Origin: Nitrospirota bacterium
Lineage (GTDB): Bacteria > Nitrospirota > Nitrospiria > Nitrospirales > Nitrospiraceae
Assembly (NCBI GenBank): GCA_963703955.1
Contig: CAVPGK010000011.1
Location: 160,001-224,000, forward strand
DNA: 64,000 nucleotides
Direction of reading: 5' to 3'
The notes under the pieces are model-generated. The model had not been told where the DNA came from. It saw only the letters and a program-made list of their open reading frames with translations, and ran no database searches. This document shows positions 8,741 through 21,224 of the stretch, one piece after another. The position numbers and the translations under genes were made by a program. How positions within the stretch are numbered: position 1 is the stretch's first letter; the number at the start of each line of letters is the position of its first letter.

Positions 8741-8862
8741 GGTAGGGTTTAGCGTCATACAGTGTTTCAATAACAGAAATTTTCTGAAACGAACAAAAAG
8801 AACATAAGTAATCTCTCAATCACCGATTCCATTACTCGGCTCACGAAGGCGGTATGACGCGT

Positions 8863-9117
8863 TCACGAGGCCTTTGGTTCGGCATCTTGGTATCCCGCAC
8901 CCACATAGCTTCCGGCCCAGTGGGCATACCGACGGTTAACCCAGGTCATGACCTCATCCTTCTGTGCCTCGCCATACCGTTTCTGAAGCACGCTGCCAAA
9001 CGTGGCGAGATTGCCCTCGATCTCGAGAAGATCCTCATCCGTAATCTTCTCCCACTTTGCCTTGAGGAGCGCTTTGAGTTGGGTCCAGAACTGTCCGAAC
9101 TGTTCCTGATTCATCAT
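8863..9117 (-). CDS. CsbD-like general stress protein
   Basis: MNQEQFGQFWTQLK...KWEKITDEDLLEIEG...LQKRYG; AAGGAG RBS. Confidence 0.8.
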   Translation of the reverse strand: MMNQEQFGQFWTQLKALLKAKWEKITDEDLLEIEGNLATFGSVLQKRYGEAQKDEVMTWVNRRYAHWAGSYVGAGYQDAEPKAS

Positions 9118-9249
9118 GTGCTCCTTGGTTATGGGTGATGGAATCGCAGACCGCTCCGCCTCCTCACGACGGTCGAAACGCATGAACACGATCCAGACCT
9201 CGTCGTCGAACACGGACACGCTGGCGCAGAAGCGGTGCAGACCGTGAAA

Positions 9250-9904
9250 TTAGTCGTGCAGAACGACGTTGAGGAGGGAGCTGTGCACATGGAAGCCACC
9301 ATTGTAGTCCAGGAAGCCAAGTTTACGGAACCTATTCATGAAGAAACTGACGCGGGACCGCGTGGTGCCGATCATCTCAGCCAGCGTTTCTTGACTGACC
9401 TTCGCAATGACCGGCTCCGGCTTACCTTCTTTCCCAAAGTGGGCCAGCAGTAGGAGGATCCGCGCCAGCCGCTTCTCGGCTGAATTAAAGAGTTGATCCA
9501 CCAAGTCCTCTTGGATGCGAATATTGTTCGCCAGCAGATAGGACATAAACAGCTCGGCGAACGTGGGCTCCTCGTGAAGCGCGCGGATCATGGCGTCTTT
9601 GTCGATGCCCACGATCTTGGAGTCTTCCAGGGCGGTCGCGGTGGCCGTCCGAACCGTCTGCCCGGCGAGGCAGGATTCTCCAAAAAAGGCACCCGGTTCC
9701 AGAATCGCGACGACAGCTTCTTTGCCCTGTTGCGAGACCACGGTCAGCTTGACCGTGCCCGCCTGGATATAGAACACGGCTTCCGCCGCATCCCCTTGCG
9801 AAAAGAGAATCTGCTTCTTTCGGACCTGGCAGGGTCGTTTTTCCGCTGCCGACTTGTGTGAGGAACGTCTTGGGATGAAACGGCGTGGTTCGTTTGCGTG
9901 CCAT
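9250..9904 (-). CDS. Crp/Fnr-family regulator, 1-nt frameshift near 9830
   Basis: N-terminus MARKRTTPFHPKTFLTQVGSGKTTL in one frame joins VRKKQILFSQGD...FFGESCL...SQETLAEMIGTTRSRVS (cNMP domain plus HTH) in another. Confidence 0.85.
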
Positions 9905-10865
9905 CGGCCTACTCGCCTTGACTTCTCCGCCACTCTTTGTGTGAGCAGATGGGAGTAGCGGGGCATCAGACCAGGCACCCGATCGATCTTTTTTTTTGGT
10001 GTCCCGGGGAAGATGGGACGTGGACATGGCAGCTCCTTCCCTTCATCGTGTGAAAGATCTGATAATTCTGTAAGGGAGAGTCCTACCGAATCGTGAATCT
10101 GCATGTGGAATGCCAGCCTACAGCGGACGTGCAGCGCGCCCCAATCCCTTGGAATCATGAGTAAAGGCCGTACTCAGCGGCATGGAACACCGGCAAAGAG
10201 CCTGTGGCATTATGGGTCATGGAAAAGCGAGGCTCTGTCCTCTAATTCCACATTGCTTAGTGCGTGGCGGCTCACGACTTAGAAAGACTATGTGCAGTTC
10301 AGCGAGAAGGGAGGTTTCTGATCTGATAAGTGGTAAGAGATCCTGGCCATTTACGTTGACCGTTTCTAAAAATGGATTCAAGCCAATAGCTTTGTAACCC
10401 TGAATCGGTGGATACATCCAGAGCTGTCGTAACTGCGGATCCAGATACAGTATTATTTTATGCTTATCTTCCTTGCCTCCATTGGCCTTGAGTGGCCCCC
10501 TATACGTCAGCCTAACTCCATAGAGAAAGCTCCCAGCCGCAACCTATGCAATAAGCAAGGGAGAAGCGGAAGGTCTTGAAAACACTGGAGCCGGTCTTCG
10601 GCGGCTGATCTGCCCCTATCTGCCTCAATAACCTCGCCGGCCCAAACCTGCTGGTATTCGTCCTTTCTTCAGAATCTCTTGGAAGTCCACAAATATCCCA
10701 TCTGGTCCTCTCCGGCTATCATCTGGCACCGGGCATGCTTAATCATGAACAAGTGTGTCTAAACGCCGAAACGGAAATGTTGCGGCGTGATGAGAAAAAA
10801 GACTAATGGGAGTCTCAAGTTGATCATACTATTGTAACTAAGCACCGAAGCGGATCGGGCACGAC

Positions 10866-11070
10866 ATGGATATATCTGCGCCAGTCATTCGTCTCGACGG
10901 AGTTGAAAAGGCTTTTGCTGCACAGGAGATGTTGTAAGGGGCTGAACCTAAAGATCCTGCGCGGAAAGGTCACCACGGTCGTTGGTCTCAGCGGCGACGG
11001 AACAAGTGTGTGATTGAAACACATGATAGCCTGACCGGCCCGACCATGGGCAGGTGCTGGTTGATAAGGA
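10866..11070 (+). pseudogene. ABC transporter ATPase (MlaF-like) N-terminal remnant
   Basis: MDISAPVIRLDGVEKAFAAQEML / GLNLKILRGKVTTVVGLSGDGTSV*LKHMI / RPDHGQVLVD: decayed Walker A region. Confidence 0.6.
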
Positions 11071-11247
11071 GGAAATCGCATGACTGGAAGGACGCGCGCT
11101 CAATGACGTGTGGAAGAAATTCCGTTCGCATTAGGGTCGACACCGTTTGACTCCCTGTAGGTATGTGACGAAGTAGCCTTCCCTTGACTGGCTGGAAGCG
11201 GAGGAGCTCATTCCGGATAACGAGAGAGAGTAGCGTAGGGGGGATGT

Positions 11248-13851
11248 ATGGACATGAACCGCGTGACGCTGAAGCTTCAAGAGGCACTGCAGGCTGCCTC
11301 AGCCCACGCGATGCGCCGAAGCCATCAAGGCATTGACATCGAGCACCTGCTGCTGGCGCTGATGGAACAAGAAGCAGGTCTGACCGGTCCGCTGTTTGAA
11401 CAGGCGGGGGTCTCTGCGGCCGCGGTACAGAAGGCCGCCGAGGCGGCCTTAGACAGGCTTCCACAGGTGGAGGGGCCCGGATCAGCGCCTGGACAGGTCT
11501 ATGTGACCCAGCGCTTGTCGTACGTGCTGACCCAGGCCGAACAGGAGATGCGAGGACTGCACGATGAATATGTGAGCGTGGAGCATGTCCTTCTCGCGAT
11601 GGTGGTAGAAGGGGGTATTTTTAGACAGCTCGGATTAACCCGCGATCGTCTGTTGTCCGCGCTTCAACAAATACGGGGGAACCAACGGGTGACAAGTCAG
11701 GACCCCGAAAGCACCTATCAAGCGCTTGAGAAGTACGGTCGTGATCTGACCAGACTAGCCGGGCAAGGTAAGCTGGACCCGGTCGTGGGACGGGACGAAG
11801 AAATCAGACGGGTGATTCAGATCCTGTCCCGACGGACGAAAAATAATCCGGTACTCATCGGTGAGCCCGGCGTAGGGAAGACGGCGATCGTGGAGGGATT
11901 AGCCCAGCGAATTGTCAAAGGAGATGTGCCCGAAGGCCTGAAGCACAAACGCCTCATCGTGCTCGACATGGGAGCCTTGATCGCTGGAGCCAAGTATCGT
12001 GGCGAATTCGAGGACCGCCTTAAGGCGGTCCTCAAGGAAGTCCAGTCGGGACATGGGCAGATTCTGATGTTCATCGATGAGTTGCATACAGTAGTTGGCG
12101 CGGGTGCGGCTGAAGGAGCGATGGATGCGGCCAACATGCTCAAGCCCTTGCTGGCCCGCGGCGAACTGCACATGATTGGGGCAACCACACTCGATGAGTA
12201 CCGCAAGCATATTGAAAAGGATGCTGCGCTCGAACGCAGGTTTCAGCCTGTCATCATCGGTGAACCGACGGTTGAGGACACGATCTCGATCCTACGAGGA
12301 CTCAAAGAACGATACGAAATCCACCACGGTGTGCGTATCAAGGATGCCGCACTGATCGCAGCCGCCAAACTATCGCACCGATACATCGCGGACCGCTTCT
12401 TACCGGACAAGGCCATTGATCTGGTGGATGAGGGAGCCGCCCGTCTCCGGACTGAGATCGACAGTCTACCGGCAGAGCTGGACGAGATCTCGCGGAAGGT
12501 GCTGCAGTTGGAGATTGAGCGCGAAGCGCTCCGCAAGGAAAGCGACCCCGCCAGCCGCACACGATTAGCGGCGCTAGAAGAGGAGTTGGCCGAAAAGGTA
12601 CGCGATCGGGATGTGCTGAAGACCCACTGGGAAACAGAGAAAGTGTCTGTTGGTCGTCTGCATAAGTTTCGTCAACAGATCGAAGCCATGAAACAGGAGA
12701 TGGAACGGGCCGAACGGGCCTACGACCTGAATCGGGTCTCGGAGTTGCGGTATGGCGAATTGCCCAAGTTGGAGCGGCAACTCGCCGCAGAGGAACAGCA
12801 CCTGGTGAAGAAGCAAAACGGACATCGGTTGCTGAAGGAGGAAGTGGATGAAGATGACATTGCGGAGGTCGTCAGCCGCTGGACGGGCATTCCCGTCGCT
12901 CGCCTGGTGCAAGGTGAGATGGAGAAGCTGCTGCATCTGCAGGACCTCTTGCACAAGCGTGTGGTCGGTCAGGAGGAGGCGGTTCGGGCCGTTGCAGATG
13001 CTGTGATACGCGCTCGGTCGGGAATCAAGGATCCCTCCCGGCCGATCGGCTCATTCCTGTTCCTTGGTCCAACGGGCGTTGGGAAAACAGAGCTCGCACG
13101 TGCCTTAGCTGCAACACTCTTCGATGATGAAGCGAATCTCATTCGCATTGATATGTCGGAATATATGGAGAAACACACCGTCGCTCGGCTCATCGGCGCT
13201 CCGCCCGGCTATGTGGGGTATGAGGAAGGCGGCCAACTCACAGAGGCGGTCCGGCGTCGTCCGTTTTCCGTGATTCTGTTCGATGAAATCGAGAAGGCCC
13301 ACCATGACGTGTTCAATGTGTTGCTCCAGGTGATGGATGACGGCCGACTCACCGACTCGCATGGTCGCACCGTGGACTTCAAAAATACGGTGTTGATCAT
13401 GACCTCGAATATCGGAAGTCAGGACATCTTGGAGGCCCAGCAGCGACAGGTGCCGTATGAAGAGATGAAGAAGGTGGCCATGACTGACCTCCGCCGGCAC
13501 TTCCGGCCAGAGTTTTTGAACCGCGTTGATGAGACGGTGGTGTTCCATCCGCTCTCCACGGCGCAGTTGGTCAGGATTGTGGACATCCAGTTGACTCGTC
13601 TGGAAGAGCGTCTGGCCGAGCGGAGGATTTCTCTTGAACTCACTGCTCAGGCGAAGGCTGACCTCGCTCAACGCGGCTATGATCCTGTGTACGGCGCGCG
13701 GCCACTCAAGCGATTGATCCAGCAGGATCTCGAAACACCAATCGGTTATGTACTCGTGAGGGGTGAGCTACGGGACGGCGGTACGGCTCATGTGGAGCTC
13801 AAAGACGGGAAGATCGTGGTGATACCGACAGGTCGGGCCCAAGTTGCGTAA
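11248..13851 (+). CDS. clpB: ATP-dependent disaggregase ClpB
   Basis: 867 aa; Clp-N domain, two Walker A motifs ([16 protein letters not shown]), long middle coiled coil, GARPL. Confidence 0.97.
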   Translation: MDMNRVTLKLQEALQAASAHAMRRSHQGIDIEHLLLALMEQEAGLTGPLFEQAGVSAAAVQKAAEAALDRLPQVEGPGSAPGQVYVTQRLSYVLTQAEQEMRGLHDEYVSVEHVLLAMVVEGGIFRQLGLTRDRLLSALQQIRGNQRVTSQDPESTYQALEKYGRDLTRLAGQGKLDPVVGRDEEIRRVIQILSRRTKNNPVLIGEPGVGKTAIVEGLAQRIVKGDVPEGLKHKRLIVLDMGALIAGAKYRGEFEDRLKAVLKEVQSGHGQILMFIDELHTVVGAGAAEGAMDAANMLKPLLARGELHMIGATTLDEYRKHIEKDAALERRFQPVIIGEPTVEDTISILRGLKERYEIHHGVRIKDAALIAAAKLSHRYIADRFLPDKAIDLVDEGAARLRTEIDSLPAELDEISRKVLQLEIEREALRKESDPASRTRLAALEEELAEKVRDRDVLKTHWETEKVSVGRLHKFRQQIEAMKQEMERAERAYDLNRVSELRYGELPKLERQLAAEEQHLVKKQNGHRLLKEEVDEDDIAEVVSRWTGIPVARLVQGEMEKLLHLQDLLHKRVVGQEEAVRAVADAVIRARSGIKDPSRPIGSFLFLGPTGVGKTELARALAATLFDDEANLIRIDMSEYMEKHTVARLIGAPPGYVGYEEGGQLTEAVRRRPFSVILFDEIEKAHHDVFNVLLQVMDDGRLTDSHGRTVDFKNTVLIMTSNIGSQDILEAQQRQVPYEEMKKVAMTDLRRHFRPEFLNRVDETVVFHPLSTAQLVRIVDIQLTRLEERLAERRISLELTAQAKADLAQRGYDPVYGARPLKRLIQQDLETPIGYVLVRGELRDGGTAHVELKDGKIVVIPTGRAQVA

Positions 13852-14109
13852 AGAAAGCAAGATGCACCGGAAGAGATGCTCGGTTACTGAGTACAGTTGA
13901 CGGACACAGTCGCACAAACATCCGAGTGTTCAGCTCCGATACGCAGTTTGCCTCGCGATGTATGGGCAGCCATTGTGGCCAGCTTCGTCATGGACATCTC
14001 GAGCCAGAAGGCCATCAGGAGCGCTGCAAGCAGCGCCAGCGCTCCGTCGAACAAGAACGGTGCAGGCGTCCGTCGAATCCGGACCAGGGTCCGACCCCTT
14101 GCCATAGCA

Positions 14110-14699
14110 CATCCGCGATCACCGAAGCCTACGATCGGCTAAGCGACGGCAGTTCACGATCTTGTGGACGTGGCGGTTCGGAGCAGCGCGACGGCGGAAG
14201 ATTTCCCTGACGCGAGCTTTGCCGGCCAGCAAGAGACCTACCTCAATGTTCAAGGACATCAGGCGTTGTTGGAAGCGTGCAAACCGTGCTTTGCCTCGCT
14301 GTTTACCGATCGCGCCATTTCGTACCGAGTGGACAAGGAGTTCGACCATCTGAAGATCGCGCTGTCAATCGGCGTGCAACGGATGGTGCGCTCCGATCTG
14401 GCGACGTCAGGCATTATGTTTTCCATCGATACCGAAACGGGATTCAAGGATGCCGTCTTGATCAATGCGTCCTATGGGTTGGGGGAAAATGTCGTCCAGG
14501 GTGCGTGGTTGCCAGCGTCATCAAAGTTGCGAAGGCGAAGGGGAGAAAGATCGGGATCTGTGGTCAGGTCCCCAGTGACTATCCGGACTTCGCGAAGTTT
14601 TTGGTTGAGCAGGGCATTGATAGCATCTCGCTCAATCCCGACGCGGTGATGAAAACCACCGCCATGATCCTGGAACTAGAACAGTCTGTGCGGAGATGA
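14110..14699 (+). pseudogene. ppsA: Phosphoenolpyruvate synthase remnant with large internal deletion
   Basis: [12 protein letters not shown]...[11 protein letters not shown]...[10 protein letters not shown] joined out of frame at ~14505 to C-terminal [15 protein letters not shown]...[10 protein letters not shown]. Confidence 0.88.
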
Positions 14700-14786
14700 C
14701 AGAGGTAGGTTCATCGCTACGCTCGATATCGTAATGGCATCAACAACCCCCGACGTGGTCGATTGAACAGCTAGAAACGAAGTGAC

Positions 14787-15719
14787 ATGGAATTCAAGGA
14801 CTACTACAAGCTTCTCGAGATTGAGCGCACGGCGACGGCCGACGACATCAAAAGCGCATACCGCAAGCTGGCGCGAAAATATCATCCGGACGTGAGTAAA
14901 GAGCCGCAAGCGGAAGCGCGCTTTAAGGAAATCGGCGAAGCCTTCGAAGTGCTTCAGGACCCGGAGAAGCGCGCCGCCTACGACCAACTCGGCAATCGCT
15001 GGCGGGCGGGGCAAGAATTTACCCCTCCGCCGGACTGGGCTGCGGGCTTCGAGTTCACCCCCAGCGGCGCTTCCGCGGCGGATGCCACAGACTATAGCGA
15101 CTTCTTCTCCGCCCTGTTCGGCAACTTCTCCCGTCACAGCACATCCACCCGTGCTCATGGCGAGGACCATCATGCCAAGATCTTCATTGCACTCGAGGTT
15201 GCGTTTCACGGCGGAACACACACGATTACCCTGCGTTCACCTCAGGTGAATGAGCAAGGTCAGCTGGTGCTGCAGGAGCGGTCGCTCAACATACAGATTC
15301 CCAAAGGCATCCGTGAAGGCCAGCATATCCGACTGACGCGGCAAGGCGCGCCGGGAGCCAACGGAATGCCCGCGGGTGACCTCTATCTCGAGATCTGTTT
15401 TCACCCCCACCCCCTGTACCAGTTACAAGGCCGCGACCTGTCTCTCTCATTGCCGCTTGCACCGTGGGAAGCGGCCCTCGGGGCCACGGTCAAAGCGCCG
15501 ACCCCAACCGGTGTGGTTGAAGTTAAAATTCCCCCGGGCTCGCAGAGCGGGCGAAAGCTAAGACTTAAGGGACGCGGCATCCCCGGCGAACCGGCGGGCG
15601 ATCTCTATCTTGTCCTGGAAGTGGTCCTTCCGACAGCGGACACGGAGCAGGCACAACAGATCTATCAAACCATGGCGCGGGAACTGGCCTTCAATCCGCG
15701 CCAAGCACTGGGGGTCTAA
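14787..15719 (+). CDS. cbpA: DnaJ-class co-chaperone CbpA
   Basis: J-domain with HPD, no Zn finger, DnaJ C-terminal domain; followed by cbpM. Confidence 0.92.
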   Translation: MEFKDYYKLLEIERTATADDIKSAYRKLARKYHPDVSKEPQAEARFKEIGEAFEVLQDPEKRAAYDQLGNRWRAGQEFTPPPDWAAGFEFTPSGASAADATDYSDFFSALFGNFSRHSTSTRAHGEDHHAKIFIALEVAFHGGTHTITLRSPQVNEQGQLVLQERSLNIQIPKGIREGQHIRLTRQGAPGANGMPAGDLYLEICFHPHPLYQLQGRDLSLSLPLAPWEAALGATVKAPTPTGVVEVKIPPGSQSGRKLRLKGRGIPGEPAGDLYLVLEVVLPTADTEQAQQIYQTMARELAFNPRQALGV

Positions 15720-15721
15720 TT

Positions 15722-16042
15722 ATGGATAGGGAGGAGGAGCTTCTGACAGGAAGCGTGATCGGTGATGAGGGTGTGCTGTCGATCGAGGAGTTGGCGAGAG
15801 CCTGTAGCGCGGAGGCGCAGTGGATCATCGAATTGGTGGCCGTGGGGGTGCTGGAGCCGCAAGGTACGGAGACCTCGCGCTGGCGATTCCGTGCGACGGA
15901 TCTTACCTGTGCCCGCCGAGTGGCCCGCCTCCAACGGGATTTTAATGCCAGTCTCGATGCGGCCGCAGTGATGCTCGATCTGCTCGATCAGATCGAACAG
16001 TTGCGCGCTCGGCTGAAGCGGGCCGGCCTGGATGTGGAATAG
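15722..16042 (+). CDS. cbpM: Chaperone modulator CbpM
   Basis: MerR-like LSIEELARAC...ELVAVGVLEP...RLQRDF; synteny with cbpA. Confidence 0.9.
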   Translation: MDREEELLTGSVIGDEGVLSIEELARACSAEAQWIIELVAVGVLEPQGTETSRWRFRATDLTCARRVARLQRDFNASLDAAAVMLDLLDQIEQLRARLKRAGLDVE

Positions 16043-16170
16043 GTCTGCAGCACAAGGGACGCGGGGGGAGCTGACTCGTCGTGCCGCTCTTAGGTCACTG
16101 CCGTTGCCTGCTTCTGGCACCTGGGCAGCCGTTGGCGATTTAATGATCGGCACTCTTACGGACATGAGCC

Positions 16171-16605
16171 ATGAGTGATATGATGCGTGTTCTGTGCCCC
16201 CGGTGCTACACCATCAATCGCGTCCCGGCAGCACGCTTCGCGGATCGCCCTAAATGTGGCCAGTGCCACGAGCGGCTGTTCACCGGACACCCGATTGCGC
16301 TGACGGCGGCGGACTTCGACATGCACGCCACCCGAAGCGACATTCCGCTGGTCGTGGATTTTTGGGCGCCGTGGTGCGGGCCCTGCCGAATGATGGCTCC
16401 AGCGTATGAGCAGGCTGCCAAGATTCTGGAGCCACACCTTCGCCTGGCCAAGGTGAACACGGAAGAGGAACAGGCGCTTGGGGCCCGCTTCGGCATTCAA
16501 AGTATCCCGACCGTGATATTGCTTCGCGGAGGGCATGAAGTGGCGCGGCAATCCGGGGCCCTCGGCGCGCAGGACATCGTGCAGTGGGTCCGTGCCCATC
16601 TGTGA
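16171..16605 (+). CDS. trxC: Thioredoxin 2
   Basis: N-terminal CPRC/CGQC Zn site and WAPWCGPC. Confidence 0.93.
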   Translation: MSDMMRVLCPRCYTINRVPAARFADRPKCGQCHERLFTGHPIALTAADFDMHATRSDIPLVVDFWAPWCGPCRMMAPAYEQAAKILEPHLRLAKVNTEEEQALGARFGIQSIPTVILLRGGHEVARQSGALGAQDIVQWVRAHL

Positions 16606-17935
16606 TTCGAACATTCGACGCGCGCGACTTCTCCTGTTACGGGTATGGTGCAGTCTGAGGCCGGATTGAGGAAAGGGGCATAGCACGAGCGTGAGCCTAT
16701 GTGCCCAACCGGCCAGAGCCTGCCATAGAGGAATGAACTACCCCCTGTGGCTAGACCAGCCGCCATGTGAGTCAGGCACCACACGGGGCAGTTCCTCAAG
16801 GTGCCGCTGGCCTACGTTTCGTGTTTTGGGCAGGTCCCTAGACGAGACAACCACGGCAGCTTGAAAGGCGCTCAAAGTTCTCAACGATGAGGGGTGCTTC
16901 CCCTCCCACCCCTGCGACTGCGTGAGCGATTGTCTACCACGCCTGGCTGTCTCGGGCTCGTTGATTTCGAGGAGAGAATGATTATCTAAGAACTGAAGGA
17001 GGTGGAGTGAGAGTTGAGGCGTTTGAGTTTGACCCACCTTTGTGTAGCCAGCGTGCATAGGGCATCGCTTCTGCTTCAGTGGCGGGGTGGGTTCAAGGTA
17101 CACGCTCTCGATCGTCGGTGCCGCTAGGTGCAGCCGTAGATGCGAGTCTGAACCAAAAGTGAAGCGTGGGGCAATCAGCCTTAGGCGACTGAAGGATTGC
17201 TGGACCTGGCCCCGTTCGGATGGCAGCCCCGGTGTTCCACACAAGGGCGGGCCGTTTTGTGTGTGACCGCATGGTTCCTTCCTCGCACTTTCTCCATCTT
17301 CATGAGAGCCTGCAGAATTATCCCCTACAGCGAATAACGACATATGGGTCTCATAAAAGCAACACCACATGATTATGATCGAGGGAATTCGCGAGGAGGA
17401 TAATAAAAAAACGAAGCGGAGGCCAGTCCAGAGAGCTCTGTGTCGATTGTGGAAGTCTTGGAGGGGTTTTAGGCTTCCCGCTCATCCTGGCGGGCCTGCT
17501 CACCGCCCCTGCGCTTGACCTCGATTCCCTTGAGTGTTCCTCTCCCCGAGTCCTCCGCTCACTTATAAGATAACCGTCCGTCGCGAGAAATCAATCGGTG
17601 GAGCGGCCCCGTTCAGTCAAGACCGTTCCCTGACTCACGGTGGCAGGCGGTCTCCTGTTCCCAGGATCAATCGTCGGCACCAGGGCACCTGAACGGTGGC
17701 CTCACAGCTGGGGGTAGATCACGGGACGGTGGCTCGGTGACTATCAAAGTCTTGCATACTTCTTAGCACAGCACGCGGTGGATACGCATTGGGCTTTCCA
17801 GTAGACTGACCTCCCAACGAATGGCGGACTCTGGTGGGCCATGCTGCAAAGGCCGACCGTAGCCGACGTGCCAGTTGCGATGCCGTTCGTAACTTCTTGA
17901 GGCAGATGCGTATTCGTATAACTAGGAGGCACGAG

Positions 17936-18391
17936 ATGAACGATCAAGACACACAACGTGCGGTTGGGATTCTCAACCACATTATGGAGCATGAGTTGGC
18001 AGGAGTCGTACGGTATATGCATTACTCCCTCATGATCTATGGCTATAATCGCATTCCGATCGTGTCTTGGCTGAAAAGTAATGCCGACGAGAGCTTTGCA
18101 CATGCACATAAAGCCGGAGAACTGGTCACCTTGCTAGGCGGCCACCCGTCGCTGAGAATTGGGGCACTCTTGGAAACTGAGAAGCATGATGTGGGAGACA
18201 TCCTCGAGGAAAGCTTGGAGCACGAGAAGGCTGCCATCGCCTCCTATTACGAACTCCTGAAAGTCTCCGAAGGAAAGTCCGTGCTGTTGGAAGAATATGC
18301 ACGAGAGATGATCGTCAGCGAAGAGCTGCACCTTGACGAGGCGAACAAGATGTTGCGGAAGTCAGGTGATGTTCAACCATTTCGCTCCTGA
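17936..18391 (+). CDS. Bacterioferritin-like ferritin-family protein
   Basis: ELAGVVRY...DESFAHA...EHE...EELH di-iron pattern; AGGAGG RBS. Confidence 0.85.
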   Translation: MNDQDTQRAVGILNHIMEHELAGVVRYMHYSLMIYGYNRIPIVSWLKSNADESFAHAHKAGELVTLLGGHPSLRIGALLETEKHDVGDILEESLEHEKAAIASYYELLKVSEGKSVLLEEYAREMIVSEELHLDEANKMLRKSGDVQPFRS

Positions 18392-18759
18392 CCTAACCCT
18401 TCAATCCACCGGGCAGGAAAACGTGGAAAGAAACGAGTGTGGGGAGCTAGTGTCGTCTCGGCCGCGCTGGGAGACCAAAATGGTTTCCCGCCGATACCCC
18501 ACGCGCCGCTCTTGGCTTCTTCCACCAGTACCCACGTTGCGTCACGCAGCTGTTCTCCGCTGCTCGCGCCCGATTCAAAAGAAACTGCTGAAAAGGAAGT
18601 TGGCGTGAGTGCGCGAACGATTTCGGAACTTTTCTTAACGAGAATCCAGACCTAACCTTAAGCGCTGGAAAATGAGAAGGCGAGTCTCATCGGACAAGGC
18701 GTGAAACAATCGGGCGGCCTTCTCAGGATGCTTGATACTGATGGTCACCATAGAGCATC

Positions 18760-18787
18760 TTACACATCAATAATAGTTGATGTGTAA
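18760..18787. promoter_or_regulatory. Palindromic operator (ArsR/SmtB-like) upstream of cadI/arsI remnant
   Basis: TTACACATCAA-TAATAG-TTGATGTGTAA: perfect 11-bp inverted repeat. Confidence 0.55.
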
Positions 18788-18887
18788 AATCGCGTCATTT
18801 CGGATTCTGCATCCTTTTCGACCGATCTCCGTCTATAGAAACGAAGGCAATGGGGCCTTCACTCGAAACAAAGATAAGGAGACCGCC

Positions 18888-19049
18888 ATGAGACTACATC
18901 TGTCCCTCGACGTCCGTAGCGTCCCAGAATCAGTGGAGTTCTATCAAAAGGTGTTTGGAATCACCCCGCAGAAGCAAACCAGCGACTATGCCAAGTTTGA
19001 TCTGTCCCGTCCGGCTTTGAACCTGTCTCTTGTCTCATCGACAGGCTGA
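18888..19049 (+). pseudogene. ArsI/CadI-family glyoxalase-fold protein, truncated
   Basis: MRLHLSLDVRSVPESVEFYQKVFG..P.K...DYAKFDL..PALNLSL then a stop at 53 aa. Confidence 0.75.
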
Positions 19050-19252
19050 ATCAAAAGAACTGGACGATACTTCGCTCGGATCACAAGAAATTCTTCATTC
19101 GTTTCAAGCATTGGAGTCTGCATCGGAATGGAGCGCTTAAACGCATCCTTGCCCGCAGGCTCGATATGAAATTTTGAAGCGAGGGTCTTCCTGGATCCGC
19201 GATCTGTCCTGTCTCGGGGGTCGGGGTGATTAAGCGGGAAAGTACAGTTCTC

Positions 19253-20113
19253 TCAGGGAACCACGATAATGGGACAGGGAGCCTGATGCAGAACGGCGTG
19301 AGAGACGCTGCCGAGCAAGAGCCGTTCCACTTTGCCCGGACGCCGAGTCCCTACGAGAATCAGATCCGCCGCGGTTTCAGCCGCCCATCCAGAGATGGCC
19401 ACCTCCGGTCTGCCCACCGTTACGACGCTGGTGGCACGATAACCGATCTTCCTCAGCCGCGAGACCACCTCATCGACGAATTGCCGGGCCACCTCTACGA
19501 TCTTCTTGTTGACGCTGTCCGCTGTCTCGATCCCCACCGGCCATAAGAGAGGGAAGAGCACGACGGTCAGGGCCGTGATCTCGACAGCCTCGGGAAACGG
19601 TTTGGCAGTCAGAAACTTGAACACTGCCTCAGCATCTGCCACCCCGCTCAGCGCGATGACAAGACGACGAAGTCCTTGCATGGGCCTATTGACCATCCAG
19701 ACCGGGCAGTGAGAGTGTAAGATGACGTTGTGGGTAACACTCCCCAGTACCAGTTCCTTGAGTGAACCAAGCCCCCGACTGCCCAGGACGATCAAATTCG
19801 ACCGTTCTTTTGCCGCCGTGGCAAGAATGACTTCAGCAGCCGTGCCCTTCTCTACACGGGTTGAAACCGCCTGGACAGTAGAGGGCAGGAGGGATTGCAT
19901 TTGTTGGATCAGGTGTTCGCCGTCTTCCTGACGCTGTTGCTCCAACGTGGTATACAGCCCTGAAGAGATCTCTGGGACAATCGTCGGGTACGTCCACGTT
20001 GGAATATCCAATACGTGCAGGACCGTCACTGATTGCATGGGGGCCAAGTAGCTGAGGGAGCGTGCGGCTTCTCGGGCTTCCTCCGATCCATCTACGGCGA
20101 GCAAAATGCGCAT
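19253..20113 (-). CDS. Tandem-domain universal stress protein
   Basis: MRILLAVDGS...LIVLGSRG...LGSVT...LLGSVSHAVLHQAPCP. Confidence 0.93.
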   Translation of the reverse strand: MRILLAVDGSEEAREAARSLSYLAPMQSVTVLHVLDIPTWTYPTIVPEISSGLYTTLEQQRQEDGEHLIQQMQSLLPSTVQAVSTRVEKGTAAEVILATAAKERSNLIVLGSRGLGSLKELVLGSVTHNVILHSHCPVWMVNRPMQGLRRLVIALSGVADAEAVFKFLTAKPFPEAVEITALTVVLFPLLWPVGIETADSVNKKIVEVARQFVDEVVSRLRKIGYRATSVVTVGRPEVAISGWAAETAADLILVGTRRPGKVERLLLGSVSHAVLHQAPCPIIVVP

Positions 20114-20681
20114 GACCCCCTCCATAATCAGGCATGTCGCTTCTATGCAGGTGAGAGCGAACACTTGCTGTATAGCATAGAGAGGTGGTGTTTCGACACT
20201 CCCCCCTGCTCTCTTGCGCCCCACCGCTTGACGTCGAGAGACCTCTGAACGTGTACGCAAAGCATGGTTCTCACTAGTGCCGGTTGACCCAAAACCACAA
20301 ACCTGGACCGGGTAGAGCAATACGATCCTGCCCTACAAATTAATTGGCTTTGGATACCTGAACCCCTTGAGTAGCCGCTAGAAATACTTTTATGTAGTTG
20401 ACAGGTATCAAAAATTGTTTCCTGCCGCGTAATCCTCTTGTAATACCGCTTGAAGCGGTTCAGCGCTTCAAGACATGAGCGGCAATCCATTCTTTGGCTT
20501 CATGTGCAACGGTCACCGGAGCCTCAAGGTCATTGAGACCGAATGAGGTGCCGTTGCGCCAAGCGCCGGACTGATCTCTGAACGGCCGTGAGAATCGCGA
20601 TGAGAGAGAAACCCGGCCGCAGTGGGCCCTGGAAGGCTATCGCCGGCCGATCAGGACAGGTGGCCCAGTGGCTTTAGACGG

Positions 20682-20912
20682 TTAGAAAGGATATTTTCGC
20701 GAAGGCCTGTGCATCGAAGGACTGGGAACTCGGTCATTTTCCTCTTCTGGAACGATCTTAATTTCTAATTCTTGAGGATGCGGAATTAGCCCTTGTGTTA
20801 GTCCGAATGTCTCTTGGGACATGGCTAGCGCCGCCTTCTGTTCCGTGGTTAAGTCTAGCATCGTTTCGGGGTCCATCAGAAAATCAGTATCCCAAGAATA
20901 CTTCTCTATCAT
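20682..20912 (-). pseudogene. Hypothetical protein fragment
   Basis: Low-GC, protein-like frame that extends a short way upstream to an in-frame stop. Confidence 0.3.
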
Positions 20913-21224
20913 CCCTCCGAAATCGATCTCCTCAATTCCAGCTGATGCGGGGATGGCCCGTATTTACTGATGCATCAGCGTTGTTCAACACCCTTCAATA
21001 CTTTAACCTCTCTTTACCTCACTTTGCCGCTTCTTTCCTTAATTTACCTCTCTCGCTAACACCGTAATAACACTACCCGGGTGGCACCCTTGTTACGGTA
21101 GCAAGGTGGTCGTCAGGCACCGGTAGGGTACAGAGGCGTACAGTATTTTACGATAGATTGTTTTGGAATGAAAAAAAAGACTTTGGAGAGCATTAGCCAC
21201 TTTGTAGTCAATGAAGGCAACTAA

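Noticed and set aside
10724..10740. Sigma-54 promoter-like TGGCAC-N5-ATGC
   Set aside because: Lies in decayed sequence upstream of a pseudogene; could be chance
11248..13851. ClpG/ClpK of the tLST heat-resistance locus
   Set aside because: No N-terminal Zn-binding extension; length and middle domain fit canonical ClpB
16620..17400. Possible highly decayed IS91-like transposase (FGSDSHLRLH, QRHLEEL)
   Set aside because: Resemblance is faint; needs a profile search
20545..20687. Second attC-like site after ORF 20682-20912
   Set aside because: TCTAAC overlaps the stop, but the L boxes and R' core cannot be paired convincingly
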